Shown here: positions 1 through 10,053 of the stretch, one piece after another | Numbering within the stretch: position 1 is the first letter of the stretch | How the letters are laid out: each line of letters starts with the position of its first letter | Source: a virus | Virus record (IMG/VR): IMGVR_UViG_3300045988_082887 | Strand: one strand, 5' to 3' | DNA length: 58,395 nucleotides | Position numbers and translations under genes: made by a program | The notes under the pieces: generated by a model | Told to the model about the DNA's origin: nothing | Seen by the model: the letters and a program-made list of their open reading frames with translations, nothing else | Databases searched by the model: none

Positions 1-55
1 AGGAACAACAAACTCTCCCTGCGGGGTACTTGTACCTTCTCCGTAGTGGTAGTTC
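1..55. repeat. 55-nt terminal overlap identical to 58341..58395; marks closure of a circular contig (unique length 58340 bp)
   Basis: AGGAACAACAAACTCTCCCTGCGGGGTACTTGTACCTTCTCCGTAGTGGTAGTTC is present at both window ends. A minus-strand ORF crosses the junction in frame. Confidence 0.95.
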
Positions 56-2403
56 TCCCAGAATCCATTGTACTTTCCCCAATAATAAAACCAACGATGC
101 TCCTCAGAAGCAGGGTCATACAGCCAATACTTTTGATTTGGATTGCTACCAACATTATTAAAGCGCATCTTGCGATAGCCATATCTGCGGACAAACAATG
201 TTCGGCCAGCGCCGTTATGGTCAGAAAGATAATTATGCTGCGCAAGAATGAAATCGACCGCTGCGCCATTCTCCACGATTTTAACAATCGTACCATCAGG
301 CAGATTGGAAAGTGCAGAAGATTGAGTGGAAACGTTCAGGCTTGCAGATTCTCCAAACGCACTTGCAGTAACCGTTGCGCTGCCTTTGGAATTCCACCAA
401 ATACGACAAGTGGAAACTCCGTTAATGTCACTGAGGACTTGAAGCCTGACTGTCCCATTGCTTGCTTTCCAAGTAACACTCGGCGCACTGGGCCCGGACG
501 GATGGAACGTTGCCGTAACGTCAGAATATTGACTCCACGAAAGGTTCACAGAATAAGAGCTGAGCGTAATATAAGGTGCTTCTCCCGTTACTTGGCAAGA
601 AGCAGAAGAATTGCCCGCGCTTGCCGTAACAGTAGCAGTTCCTTTATGGGAATACGAAACGCGGCAAGTAGAAACGCCGTCAATGTTGGTCAAGACGTCC
701 AAGTGCACAATGTTAGCAGGAGACGCACTCCAACCGATTGAGGGGGAATCCATAGATGCAGGAATTAGACGCGCGGTTAAAATACGAGACTCGGCATATT
801 GAAGAGAAAACAAGCTTTGGTCAAGAGATACCGAAGTTACGTCAGAAAGTATATAACCTTCCAGCGTTCCCTTAAAACAGCCATTGAAAGTGTACTTTGC
901 ATTCGTAACAAACAGTTCCGAAGCGTAACCGAAATTATGGTTCAGCTTCACATGGTCAAGGGCATCAACGTGAGGGCTGGCGCGGTATTCCAAACTCGCC
1001 TTTTTTCTAGTGGACAAGATGGAATAGGCTTCTGTCATGGCGTTTTTGCCAATTTCCAAAATGGAATCGTTCAGCAAAGCGTTGCTGACGGATTGCGTAA
1101 CTCCGTCAATGCTGGAACTGGAAGGGTAAAGGTGGGTCGTGTTGTTTACGCTGCAAGATACGTTTTTCAGGCGGGAAGAGAACGTGATTTCCGGCCACTG
1201 GTAATTGTTCATGGGGTCTATCTCGTAAACTTCTGAAGAAGAATCCGCGAAGAACACGGGGCGTTCAATTCGGATTTCTCCTCCTCGCGTCTGGTAAAGA
1301 GCCATCCCAGCAGCGTTTGCAGCCATCTGAAGAATATCAGAGTTCTTGTAGGAGGAGTTGCTTTCATTGCTGATATCAACGGGATAGTTTTTTAGCTCAC
1401 TGGGAATCGAATAAGAAACGGTGTTGTCCGGAAGCTGTGAGAGTGCATCTATGCACATATCATACAGATTCCCGCTTTTTCTGCCCGTATAAGTGGAGTT
1501 CATCAAGAACCCAAGTGCGTCACGAGCCACAAAAGACGCTTCAAGGCCGTTTGAAGGAACGTTCCATTCGGACATAAAGAACTGCCCGCCGTTGATCCAT
1601 TCCGTCTTTCCGTCAATATCCATGCCGTAGCTTACTGTGACAAGCTGGCGTTCATAAATATAGCGGTACATTCCTTGCGGGTTCAATGGATCCCAGACCT
1701 GTTGACTGTTATCGAGCGAAAAAGAGATGCTGTCTTTGGAAAGCTGGCCGGAAAGCGGGTCTCTGCTTGATTCGTGCGTGAAGGAAATCAGGTTTCCTTT
1801 TCTGTAAACAAGCCGGAACCCAACAATGAATTGTTCGACTCTCGCTCTTCGGTTCGGAAGGCACCAAGAAAGTACTTCAAGAGAAATCGAGTTGTACCCA
1901 GATATCTCCCAGTCTACCTCAGAACGAACATCTACGTTATCTGAAACGGTTATAGTGCTTACTTGGGTTCCATCGGAATACGCCGTGAGCTTGAAACTTT
2001 TGGCGTATTCGTTTAACGTGCTAGACCACAAAATTGTAACGCCGGGAATCCGTCTGGTGTGATGCTTTCCAAATGTGAAAACGATTTTGGGGTGGTAAGA
2101 GTCCGTTACAATGTTTTTACTTGCGTAACCGACATCCACTTGGGAACCAGAGCCCGGAAAGAGAGAAAACGTTCCATCAAGAAGATGCAAGTTCGTCTCT
2201 CCGGTTGCATACTTTTTCAGCTCGTGTTCGCTGTTGTCCTCTACGATTTCAGCAACATTACTGAACGAGGACTGGCTATCCGAGCTAGCAGAAACGTCCT
2301 TTTGGACTCCGGGTTCCGAGCTGTCGTATGAAATCTTGACAAAGGTTTCAGGAACAAGGGTCTCCTTGAACTTAGCAAGCCATTTTTGCGAAGGATGTTC
2401 CAT
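1..2403 (-). CDS. Tail-tip / receptor-binding protein, N-terminal 801 codons; the ORF continues over the circular junction into 58340..57864 (959 aa total)
   Basis: ATG at 2403 lies 4 nt after the stop of the upstream gene. I translated minus frame 2403..1 completely and found no stop; it is missing from the ORF track because it has no stop at this end. Two ~80-aa Ig-like (Big_2-type) repeats lie at about nt 330-810. It sits directly after the tape measure and Dit-like genes. Confidence 0.8.
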   Translation of the reverse strand, partial: MEHPSQKWLAKFKETLVPETFVKISYDSSEPGVQKDVSASSDSQSSFSNVAEIVEDNSEHELKKYATGETNLHLLDGTFSLFPGSGSQVDVGYASKNIVTDSYHPKIVFTFGKHHTRRIPGVTILWSSTLNEYAKSFKLTAYSDGTQVSTITVSDNVDVRSEVDWEISGYNSISLEVLSWCLPNRRARVEQFIVGFRLVYRKGNLISFTHESSRDPLSGQLSKDSISFSLDNSQQVWDPLNPQGMYRYIYERQLVTVSYGMDIDGKTEWINGGQFFMSEWNVPSNGLEASFVARDALGFLMNSTYTGRKSGNLYDMCIDALSQLPDNTVSYSIPSELKNYPVDISNESNSSYKNSDILQMAANAAGMALYQTRGGEIRIERPVFFADSSSEVYEIDPMNNYQWPEITFSSRLKNVSCSVNNTTHLYPSSSSIDGVTQSVSNALLNDSILEIGKNAMTEAYSILSTRKKASLEYRASPHVDALDHVKLNHNFGYASELFVTNAKYTFNGCFKGTLEGYILSDVTSVSLDQSLFSLQYAESRILTARLIPASMDSPSIGWSASPANIVHLDVLTNIDGVSTCRVSYSHKGTATVTASAGNSSASCQVTGEAPYITLSSYSVNLSWSQYSDVTATFHPSGPSAPSVTWKASNGTVRLQVLSDINGVSTCRIWWNSKGSATVTASAFGESASLNVSTQSSALSNLPDGTIVKIVENGAAVDFILAQHNYLSDHNGAGRTLFVRRYGYRKMRFNNVGSNPNQKYWLYDPASEEHRWFYYWGKYNGFWENYHYGEGTSTPQGEFVVP

Positions 2404-2406
2404 TTA

Positions 2407-2784
2407 TCAAACCTCCACAAGCGACAATTTGCATCCAGTCCAGCCCATTACCTTTCCGCTGTTTGGGTTTCGCCGCCACATTCCAGACGTACGGTCGGAT
2501 ACATACATCTGCCGAGTTTCATAAGTGTTTGTTGCTTGGTTTAAGAATCGAACCGAGCAATAAAAGTTTCTTGTGAACAAACTAAGGACGGTTGCCCACT
2601 GGGCTGCAGTCAGGTAGTTCCACGACATCGAAATCTTTGCAACATCGTGTCGCACGACGGCCCCGACCACTTTTCCTTGAGTATTTCGTCCAGAATCCAC
2701 AATAGTACTTGTGGTAGCTTCATAAGAAGACGGTTCAGGAAATGCCGTACCGTTCACTGTGACCAGTGCTGGAATATTTGCCAT
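2407..2784 (-). CDS. Small tail protein in the distal-tail (Dit) position
   Basis: 125-aa ORF between the tape measure and tail-tip genes, tightly packed. Function is assigned by synteny only. Confidence 0.5.
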   Translation of the reverse strand: MANIPALVTVNGTAFPEPSSYEATTSTIVDSGRNTQGKVVGAVVRHDVAKISMSWNYLTAAQWATVLSLFTRNFYCSVRFLNQATNTYETRQMYVSDRTSGMWRRNPNSGKVMGWTGCKLSLVEV

Positions 2785-2799
2785 AGAACTGTCGCCTCC

Positions 2800-5700
2800 T
2801 TAGTAGCTGTATGCTTCCGTTCCCATCAGGGACATTCCGCGATCGCTCTGACGTTTTTCGACCGCAGAAGTGATCTCCTTTCCGTCGAGATAAACCCGAA
2901 CGGTGAGGTTTCCATTATCGGTGCCCCCGAATCCAGATTCTTGCATAGCGGCGATAAAGCCTTCTTTTACAGAATCTCGAAGCTCAGACGGGGTAAGCTC
3001 TGCGGAGCGGCTGTAGCTAGAAGTGTAAGAGCCAGAACTATTTGCTCCCGAATACTGGCTCGTTCCCGGAACGTTGGAATAATCCACGTTTCCAGAAGCG
3101 ATAGAATCAACTGCCGGGCCGCTTTCCCGACTTGCCGCAATCTTATCTGCGTATTCAAACAGCGGGTTTTTCACGTATTCGATTTGTCCGCCCCAGAGCT
3201 GAGCAACAAGGTTGTATGCGCCAATCATAACGTTGACGCCGTTAACGAACCCCTGAATAAACAGGCCCAGCAAACGAACGATTCCTTCAAAAATATAGGA
3301 CATGAAATTCTTCAAGCCGCCCCATACGGAAGAAATGCCGCCTGCAACATCGCTATTCGTTCCGGCTAGATTGAACAAAGCACCAGCCAACATCCCAATC
3401 AGAGAGATAACGAACAGGATAGGGTTTGCATTCATTGCAACATTTAATCCGGTCTGCGCCGTTGTAGCCGCAACTGTCGAAGGAACCAACTGACCGATAA
3501 AGCTAGAAGCCATACCGGCAATGTTGTTCCAAACACTGCTCAAACCCTGCGTCAGCCACTGTAAGCTGTTATTGGCAATGGACTTGATTTGCTTTCGCTG
3601 CTCATCATCCATTGCATGATAGAAATAGGAAGCAGCCCATGTTCCGAGCTTTTCAAGGTCTCCGTTAGAAATCGCATCCCACAGAGTGCCAATGCTGCCA
3701 AAGAAATCAGATTGTAAACTCTGTTCAATCTGCTGCCACTGGGTATCCAGACCGTTCAAGAACCCGGTAACGTAGTTGGTTGCCTGAGCAGAGCCAGCAT
3801 CAATCAGCGCCTGTCCCTTCTCCTGCACAGCATTTACAACGCCCTGCATGGCAGCGGTGACGTAGGAGACAGCAGCAGTGATACCGTTTGCAAGGCCTTG
3901 GTCGATGTAACCGCCAATCTCTGCAAACACCGTAGAAGGAGAATGGATGCCGAGAGCTTCCTTGAAGCCATTGACAAAGCCATCAGTGAAACTCTTGATG
4001 CCGTCTGTAACGGTACTCCATGTGTCTTTTAGGCCGTTAATTAGGCCGTCCCAGATGAATTTGCCAAGTTTTTTCAATTCACCAGGAAGTTTTTTGAACT
4101 CCTCGACAATAGACGAAACGATTTTTGGAATTTCAACAACAACGAAAGCAACCATACGCTCCCGCCATTCAGAAATAACATCAAGAGTTTTGAGAATTGC
4201 AGTCCCAATATTTCCCGGCAGTTCTTCAAAAAACTTAACAACAGAAGAAACAATTTTTGGAACTTCGGTTGTTACAGTAACGACCATGTTTCCGACCCAC
4301 TCCCCGATTTTGCCGACGGCAAAGCCAAGGGCATAGCCGATTTTTTCAGGAAGAGAACTGAACCACTCGCCAATGCTACTTACGATGTTCCCAACCTTTT
4401 CAGGCAGAGAAGTCATAAAGTCAATGACAGCGTTCCACTTAGTGACAATGATTTGTTTGATGGCATCGATACGCTGCTCAAAAACATTTTCGACATAATG
4501 CATTTTAATGTCGGCTTCTGCGGCAGCATCTGTTTTTTCGCCGCTCTCTTTAGCGCCCCATTTGATACCAGCCCAGTGAAGAACAAGGCCAATACCGACA
4601 CCAGCAGCGGCAACGGCCCCAGCAACAGGAAGGCTTGCACCAACAAGTAATGCAACGCCAGCACCAGCAGCACCGCCAAAAATCCCCATCAGAGCAGTGA
4701 TGATGGTGTCAAAAACGGGAAATTCTTTCAGCTTTTCACCAAGCGAGAATGTAATTCCCGCAAAGGTAATAAGACCTGCAAGACCGATAGAAAGCGTTGC
4801 GGCTGTACCAGAGGCTGCTCCAAGATTGGTGAGCAGTGTGATACCAGTAATAGAACCGAATGCCGTTGTTAAAGCAGCCTGAATCCATGTGCTTGCATCG
4901 CCAAGATTGGCTTCGCCAGTACCAAGTGCATAAGTAAGACCTGCAAGGCTCGCCACAAAAGCGATGCCCATACCAAGCGTAATGCCATCTGCTCCTATCG
5001 TGCGCCAAAGAACAAAAGAGCCAAACGCGGCAGATACCACTTCACCTAAAAGTTCGAGAGGATTCCCGCTAGATGCGTAACCCTTCGCAAAGCTGAATAC
5101 TAACGATGCTTCGACAACGACTGTTGCAATCGAAAGAGCCAACTTTTGCAAATCCGTCATTTTAGAAATTGCTGTTGCAATGTTCGTCAGGAAATTGGTG
5201 ATTTTCCACAATGCGAGTGCAGCAGAAATAGCGCCAATAACCGGCAGCATATCTTTGATTTTCTGCTTTATAGCGTCAATCTGCTTTGCAAACTCTTCAT
5301 TGTACTGCTTGAACATATCGTAGCCGGACAGGTCTACATCGCCCAAAATGTTGCCAGCAGCTGCACCGCTGCCAGAACCGGAACTCCCCTGTGTGGGGTC
5401 AATTATGTTCAACTCATCAAAACCCATCGTGTAGTCCTTGAGGGCTTTGGCGGCTTTCTTGGTGGAGTCTGCCGTGTCATCCATTGCGTCACCGATGCCG
5501 CCAACGCTATCAGCGCTCTTGGTGAAATCAGTAAACACGACCTTCACACCCATCAGCTTTGCCACCCACTCGACAAACTCTCGAATAAGCTGAACAGCAG
5601 CAATCAGCGGGGGAAGAATGGATTTCAGGGCGGGGTAGAGCAGAGAGCCGACAGATTTTGCCAACATATCAAGCTGTGCTTTCAGAATCTTGATCTGGTT

Positions 5701-6945
5701 CGCAGGACTCTGGATGGTCTGTGCAAGGTTGCCCTGCACGTTGGCAGTCTGCTTCATAATGGCAATATAACGCAGAACTGCCTTATCTGCCTGAGACAGA
5801 CTAGAAACCTGTTTGTTAAAGCCTAAAGCTAGAAGCTCCTGCTGTAACCGTGCCTGAGACAGGTCGACGCCCAGACGGCGAATAGGCTCAATCTCGCCAG
5901 AGATTGCGGAGGACATTGCAGTAAAGGTCTGCGCAACGTCCTTGTTCCAATAGGAACCTTCGTCATAGGCAAGCTGAGTCAGGTTCTTGGACAGAACGTA
6001 TGCCTTGTCGCTGGCCAGACCAAACGAAGTACCCAAGCTCTGAATAGTAGCCATGTAGGTCATCGCTTTGGTTGGGTCAACGCCAAGTAATCCCTGCATC
6101 TTGCTAATGAGCGTATCGGCTTCACCGCTCAAATTGCCCATAGCATTATGAAACAGGTCTGTTGCTTCATAGAAGTCGTTAAACTTCGCAACAGCGTTGC
6201 CAAGATATTCAGCAATGGCTTTCAGCGAAACCAGCTTTGCCATGTTCCGCATAAAGCCGTTCATCTGATTGGACAGGCTGAGATAGCTCTTACGCTGTTT
6301 TTCGTTGGCAGCAGTCACACGGTTAGCCTGTGTGACCACCTTGCTCAACTGCGGAGGGAGCTTTGCAAACGCATTGCCCACCTTGTCAAGCTGAGATGCA
6401 AGAGGAGTAAGAGCAGTAGAAATCTTCTGACAAGAGCTTGCAAAAGAATCAAGGTCTGTCGCTTTCAGTTTGTCGGTCAGGTCAGGAACCTTTCCGATCG
6501 CATTGAAAGCACTGCCAAGAGCTTTAAAGCTCGATGCATCCACAATGGACAGCGGAGCCAAAGAGTTAGTGAGCTGAGTAATGCTTCCGGACATGGAATA
6601 AAAGTCCACACCGTTCAATCCAGACACAGCCGCAGGAATCTTTTTGATGGCATTCACGACCGTGTTGATGCTCTTTGCGCTTGCAGTCGTGTTGACGTTG
6701 GAAAGTCCATTCAGAAAGTTGGTAATTTTGTCCAGCCCAGACATTCCAGCGGATGCCTGTTTCAGCGCAGAAATGGAAGCGGACAGCCTGTCAAGGCTGT
6801 TCACAACCTTCGTCACGTTGCCCTTTGTCCGCAAATTAGAAATGGCGGTAGCGAGCTTGTCGATATTAAGCTCTGCGCCGCTGGATTCCGCAGAAATTTC
6901 TACGGATAAGCTTGTAATATCAACATCAGCCATCACTACCACCAT
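2800..6945 (-). CDS. Tape measure protein
   Basis: This is the longest ORF (1381 aa). It has an Ala/Ser/Leu-rich helical N-terminus and a central Gly/Ala-rich hydrophobic block, and follows the G/GT chaperone pair. The start may be the internal ATG at 6933. Confidence 0.85.
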   Translation of the reverse strand: MVVVMADVDITSLSVEISAESSGAELNIDKLATAISNLRTKGNVTKVVNSLDRLSASISALKQASAGMSGLDKITNFLNGLSNVNTTASAKSINTVVNAIKKIPAAVSGLNGVDFYSMSGSITQLTNSLAPLSIVDASSFKALGSAFNAIGKVPDLTDKLKATDLDSFASSCQKISTALTPLASQLDKVGNAFAKLPPQLSKVVTQANRVTAANEKQRKSYLSLSNQMNGFMRNMAKLVSLKAIAEYLGNAVAKFNDFYEATDLFHNAMGNLSGEADTLISKMQGLLGVDPTKAMTYMATIQSLGTSFGLASDKAYVLSKNLTQLAYDEGSYWNKDVAQTFTAMSSAISGEIEPIRRLGVDLSQARLQQELLALGFNKQVSSLSQADKAVLRYIAIMKQTANVQGNLAQTIQSPANQIKILKAQLDMLAKSVGSLLYPALKSILPPLIAAVQLIREFVEWVAKLMGVKVVFTDFTKSADSVGGIGDAMDDTADSTKKAAKALKDYTMGFDELNIIDPTQGSSGSGSGAAAGNILGDVDLSGYDMFKQYNEEFAKQIDAIKQKIKDMLPVIGAISAALALWKITNFLTNIATAISKMTDLQKLALSIATVVVEASLVFSFAKGYASSGNPLELLGEVVSAAFGSFVLWRTIGADGITLGMGIAFVASLAGLTYALGTGEANLGDASTWIQAALTTAFGSITGITLLTNLGAASGTAATLSIGLAGLITFAGITFSLGEKLKEFPVFDTIITALMGIFGGAAGAGVALLVGASLPVAGAVAAAGVGIGLVLHWAGIKWGAKESGEKTDAAAEADIKMHYVENVFEQRIDAIKQIIVTKWNAVIDFMTSLPEKVGNIVSSIGEWFSSLPEKIGYALGFAVGKIGEWVGNMVVTVTTEVPKIVSSVVKFFEELPGNIGTAILKTLDVISEWRERMVAFVVVEIPKIVSSIVEEFKKLPGELKKLGKFIWDGLINGLKDTWSTVTDGIKSFTDGFVNGFKEALGIHSPSTVFAEIGGYIDQGLANGITAAVSYVTAAMQGVVNAVQEKGQALIDAGSAQATNYVTGFLNGLDTQWQQIEQSLQSDFFGSIGTLWDAISNGDLEKLGTWAASYFYHAMDDEQRKQIKSIANNSLQWLTQGLSSVWNNIAGMASSFIGQLVPSTVAATTAQTGLNVAMNANPILFVISLIGMLAGALFNLAGTNSDVAGGISSVWGGLKNFMSYIFEGIVRLLGLFIQGFVNGVNVMIGAYNLVAQLWGGQIEYVKNPLFEYADKIAASRESGPAVDSIASGNVDYSNVPGTSQYSGANSSGSYTSSYSRSAELTPSELRDSVKEGFIAAMQESGFGGTDNGNLTVRVYLDGKEITSAVEKRQSDRGMSLMGTEAYSY

Positions 6946-7683
6946 CCTTTTGCTCCATCATGGAGAACATCATACGTTTGATTCGCTCCTGTGCTTCCGC
7001 AGCACGTTGGTATTCATACTCTTCTTTCTCCTTTTGAGTAAGGGGAATCGGTCTATCTATATACTTGATAGGTCTAGCCCCTTTCTTTCGGAACATATTG
7101 CCAACCGTAGAGGAAAGCGCAGATGCCATGTAAAAGCCGTTTCTCCACGCTTCTGCGTTGGCTCTGCGTTCCCGCAGCTCCTCTGCGTCACGGTAGACCT
7201 TCGCCAGCCAGACATCGCCGTACCAGAACTGGTCGTATGTCATGCCGATGGAGATGTAATAGGCTTCTACATCGTGGAACAGCTTGGAAAAGGAAAACGG
7301 CTCTCCCTCTCCGTCTGCTTCCTGAGATTGTGCGGTTACACAATCTCCCACGTTGCGTTTTTTGCAGTCTTGTCCTCAGTGTCAGTTGCCAGCAGAGACT
7401 TGGAAGCATCCATAAACATCTCAAGCAAAATGCCCATCAGGTCTTCCTTCTCCTCGATATGCTGGAACATCTCGTCAACGACCTTGCGCTTGATTCCCTT
7501 GTTCCGTGCGATGAAAGCGCCGTAGAACAGGGCACGGGAGTTGGACAGAAGGTTGGTCATCTGTGTGTACTGGCCAATCTGAAAGCCTGCACGTTCGGTG
7601 GCTTCCACACTGTCACGGGTGAAAGTCAGCTCATAAGTGTTCTTGCCATCAGGGGAATGAAAATTGATAACCTTTGTAGCCAT
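6926..7683 (-). CDS. Tail assembly chaperone G-T fusion made by a -1 programmed frameshift
   Basis: The zero frame reads GCA AAA AAC. A -1 slip at A_AAA_AAC gives KKRNVGDCVTAQSQ..., which is exactly the overlapping ORF 6926..7351. Confidence 0.7.
7336..7683 (-). CDS. Tail assembly chaperone (G-like)
   Basis: 115-aa ORF between the major tail and tape measure genes. It ends just after a slippery heptamer. Confidence 0.75.
   Translation of the reverse strand: MATKVINFHSPDGKNTYELTFTRDSVEATERAGFQIGQYTQMTNLLSNSRALFYGAFIARNKGIKRKVVDEMFQHIEEKEDLMGILLEMFMDASKSLLATDTEDKTAKNATWEIV
7357..7363 (-). promoter_or_regulatory. Slippery heptamer A_AAA_AAC for the -1 frameshift
   Basis: Plus strand GTTTTTT at 7357..7363, 7 codons before the G stop codon. 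Confidence 0.7.
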
Positions 7684-7767
7684 AATAAATGCTCTCCTTT
7701 ATAAATAGTGGCAGAACCAAATCCGATGTTCAGTTCTGCCCGGTTTGATTGATTCGATTTTTGCGGT

Positions 7768-8205
7768 TTAGCCGCCGTTGACAGTCAGGGTCTCGCTGAA
7801 CTCAGGCTTCTTAGTGAAGATGCAGTTGATGGTCATTTCCACAACCTCGTCCACGCCAAAGCCGGACAGGCCAACCTGATGCATACCCTGCCAAGTGAAG
7901 CCGGAGCCGTCCTGCATCTTCAGGGCGTAGTACTTCACGGTGTTGCTCTCGGAAGTCTCATCGTAGCCAGCTTCCTTGACCTTCTTGTAGTCAGTTTTGT
8001 TGTAGTTGGCGGTGAAAGACTTGGTGTCGCTCTGGATGATACCAAAGATGTTGACCTGCATGGGGTCAGACAGAGTGGTTGCATCCAGAAGGTTCGGCTC
8101 GGAGATCAGGTCAGGCACATCCTTGATGTCGCACAGCTTCGTCAAAGCGGTTGCGCTGTCGCCACAATACAGGGTGGTATTCAGACCGGAGATAGCAGTA
8201 CTCAT
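7768..8205 (-). CDS. Major tail protein (by position)
   Basis: 145-aa ORF immediately upstream of the chaperone pair. An 8-bp hairpin follows it at 7710..7740. Confidence 0.6.
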   Translation of the reverse strand: MSTAISGLNTTLYCGDSATALTKLCDIKDVPDLISEPNLLDATTLSDPMQVNIFGIIQSDTKSFTANYNKTDYKKVKEAGYDETSESNTVKYYALKMQDGSGFTWQGMHQVGLSGFGVDEVVEMTINCIFTKKPEFSETLTVNGG

Positions 8206-8220
8206 AGAATGTTTACCTCC

Positions 8221-8622
8221 TTAGTTTCGGTAAATCATTCCGTCCTCTCCGATTGTTGCCCCGTAGCTGCAATCAATCCGATAGACGGAATTGTTGTACA
8301 GCCCATTCAACGGGGCAAACGATTTGCGATAAAAATTGAGCGGTTCCAATACAGAATCCACGATGTCCACAATGGAGCGGGCTTCTGAAATGCGTCCGCT
8401 GGTTTTGTTGGAATAGACCCGCACGCGCAGGGAAATGGCAGCATACTTGCTTCGGCTGGCAGAATCACGATGAACCGGGAGATTGCTGTTTTCCTCTATC
8501 TGCACACATGGAAACTTTTTGACGTTGCTGTCATTGATTTCGCCAGTGACGAAGATACCAGGCACTTGCTTTCGCAGTTCCTTGGCAACAGCTGTAAAGA
8601 TAGAATTGAAATAATCAATCAA
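8221..8622 (-). CDS. Neck / tail-terminator-like protein (synteny)
   Basis: 133-aa ORF overlapping its neighbours within the head-tail joining block. Confidence 0.5.
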   Translation of the reverse strand: MIDYFNSIFTAVAKELRKQVPGIFVTGEINDSNVKKFPCVQIEENSNLPVHRDSASRSKYAAISLRVRVYSNKTSGRISEARSIVDIVDSVLEPLNFYRKSFAPLNGLYNNSVYRIDCSYGATIGEDGMIYRN

Positions 8623-9140
8623 CTATTCCAAACCTCCCTCCACGTTGCTTCTACCTGAGAAGCCATTTCTTCAACAGCTCCCCACATAGCCATAGCTGGT
8701 TCGTTACCGCTGGTGTAATTCAACTGTCCCTTGCCGGGAACGGTATCCACATAGGTTCCGGCATTACCGGGGTCACCGTAGTAGTACCAACGTCTGCCAG
8801 CACCCTTGCCTTGACCATAGGAGCCATGCGCACCAACACCGGGCGGCAGTTCGCCGCCATATCCGTTGTGATGTGCACCGGTACCAAACTCGATAAAGGC
8901 GACTGACTTGCCCTCTGCAATGATGGTGCAAATGTTTCCGTTCTGCTCAACACGACAAGAGACATCGTTGCTACCGGCATATTCTGCATTTGCAAAGCGA
9001 ACTTTCGCTACATCAAGCCCTTTGTCAGCCAACGACTTTGCAAACTCCTGCGCTTTTTTGTTCAGGGTGGCCTTGTACTCCTGTATCTGACGTTCCGCAT
9101 CACGAAGTCCGGCATCGATCAACCTCACTTTAATTTTCAC
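8619..9140 (-). CDS. HK97 gp10-like head-tail joining protein
   Basis: Contains the motif AFIEFGTG, typical of the gp10 family. Its position is syntenic. Confidence 0.55.
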   Translation of the reverse strand: MKIKVRLIDAGLRDAERQIQEYKATLNKKAQEFAKSLADKGLDVAKVRFANAEYAGSNDVSCRVEQNGNICTIIAEGKSVAFIEFGTGAHHNGYGGELPPGVGAHGSYGQGKGAGRRWYYYGDPGNAGTYVDTVPGKGQLNYTSGNEPAMAMWGAVEEMASQVEATWREVWNS

Positions 9141-9504
9141 TTGCAGCCACCTCTTTCAGCGCATACAACGTGTCCGTGATATGCTCTGCGACCTTGACCA
9201 CAATGTAGTTAAAGGGCTTTGAAACGTCCGTCTGAAACCAAACGCGCGTACCTTCATAAAGCGGTGTGTTGTGCTTTTTGCTGGACGAACTGACAACGTA
9301 GCTGTAATCCGTGAACGCGCCGAAAGGACTTGCTTCCGCAGAACCAGTAGGCGGGCTGACGTTCAGAATCAGCTTTGCAGGGGCGCTCCACGTCTGTGAT
9401 GTCTCGCCGGTTTCGTTTCCACATTCGTCCACAACAGGTTCTTTCTCGCCGATAGGATTTGAATACCACAGCGGACGCTTGTCCAGCGGGCTTCCATTGA
9501 ACAT
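9130..9504 (-). CDS. Head closure / adaptor protein (synteny)
   Basis: 124-aa ORF with overlapping start and stop codons within the connector block. Confidence 0.5.
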   Translation of the reverse strand: MFNGSPLDKRPLWYSNPIGEKEPVVDECGNETGETSQTWSAPAKLILNVSPPTGSAEASPFGAFTDYSYVVSSSSKKHNTPLYEGTRVWFQTDVSKPFNYIVVKVAEHITDTLYALKEVAASEN

Positions 9505-9848
9505 CAGCCGATAACACCTACTCTCGGAACCACTTCATTCAGCAGGGACTGCGCTACATCAGAGCTTTCCCACACACGAGTAATGCCATTATTGGTATAG
9601 CTCGTCTGTCCGTTTGCGCCGATGTGGTTGTACAGTTCCGCTGCAATGCGTATCTGCAACGACTGATACCGCACAGGCAGTTCGTCCGGGTAGTTCCCGA
9701 ACGGATAGCCCTGCGCAAATATCTTATCTTTGGCGAAATCAAGCAGCAGGTCGAAGAGTGGGTAGTCCTCGTCCGTGACTTCACGGTCAAGTGCAGGAGC
9801 AATGTACTGTCCCAGCTTGACTGCCGCTTCAGAATACTGGTCTCCCAT
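9504..9848 (-). CDS. gp6-like head-tail connector protein
   Basis: 114 aa, first gene after the capsid module, with a strong RBS (AAAGGAGGAAAG). Confidence 0.55.
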   Translation of the reverse strand: MGDQYSEAAVKLGQYIAPALDREVTDEDYPLFDLLLDFAKDKIFAQGYPFGNYPDELPVRYQSLQIRIAAELYNHIGANGQTSYTNNGITRVWESSDVAQSLLNEVVPRVGVIG

Positions 9849-9868
9849 GCTGCTTTCCTCCTTTCGCC

Positions 9869-10042
9869 TCAGGTTTTCTTTTCATCTGCCTGCTTTTCAA
9901 TGCACTCGCCATCTTTTCCAAGAAGACAATACTTGCAGAACTCGTTATTATCACCCTTGAGATTACATACTCGCTTGCGTTTACGAGCCTGATTCATGGC
10001 GTTTGCGGAAGCGGCAATAATGCCGCACATAGGTACAGGCAT
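9869..10042 (-). CDS. Small Cys-containing protein (57 aa), not in the ORF track
   Basis: ATG at 10042 is preceded by AAGGAGAAA, which overlaps the capsid stop. The hand translation MPVPMCGIIAAS...EKQADEKKT ends at a TGA at 9869. Confidence 0.5.
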   Translation of the reverse strand: MPVPMCGIIAASANAMNQARKRKRVCNLKGDNNEFCKYCLLGKDGECIEKQADEKKT

Positions 10043-10053
10043 GATGTTTCTCC

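Noticed and set aside
1-55. The terminal repeat as a biological direct terminal repeat or cos end
   Set aside because: It lies in the middle of a coding sequence, and its 55-nt length is typical of assembler k-mer overlap. I treat it as circularisation evidence only.
46-2524. Plus-strand track ORFs (46..741, 611..802, 799..1236, 1826..2062, 2059..2331, 2234..2524)
   Set aside because: They lie antisense to a continuous 801-codon minus-strand reading frame that I translated without finding a stop. Their products are Arg/Ser/Cys-rich with no motifs and no RBS.
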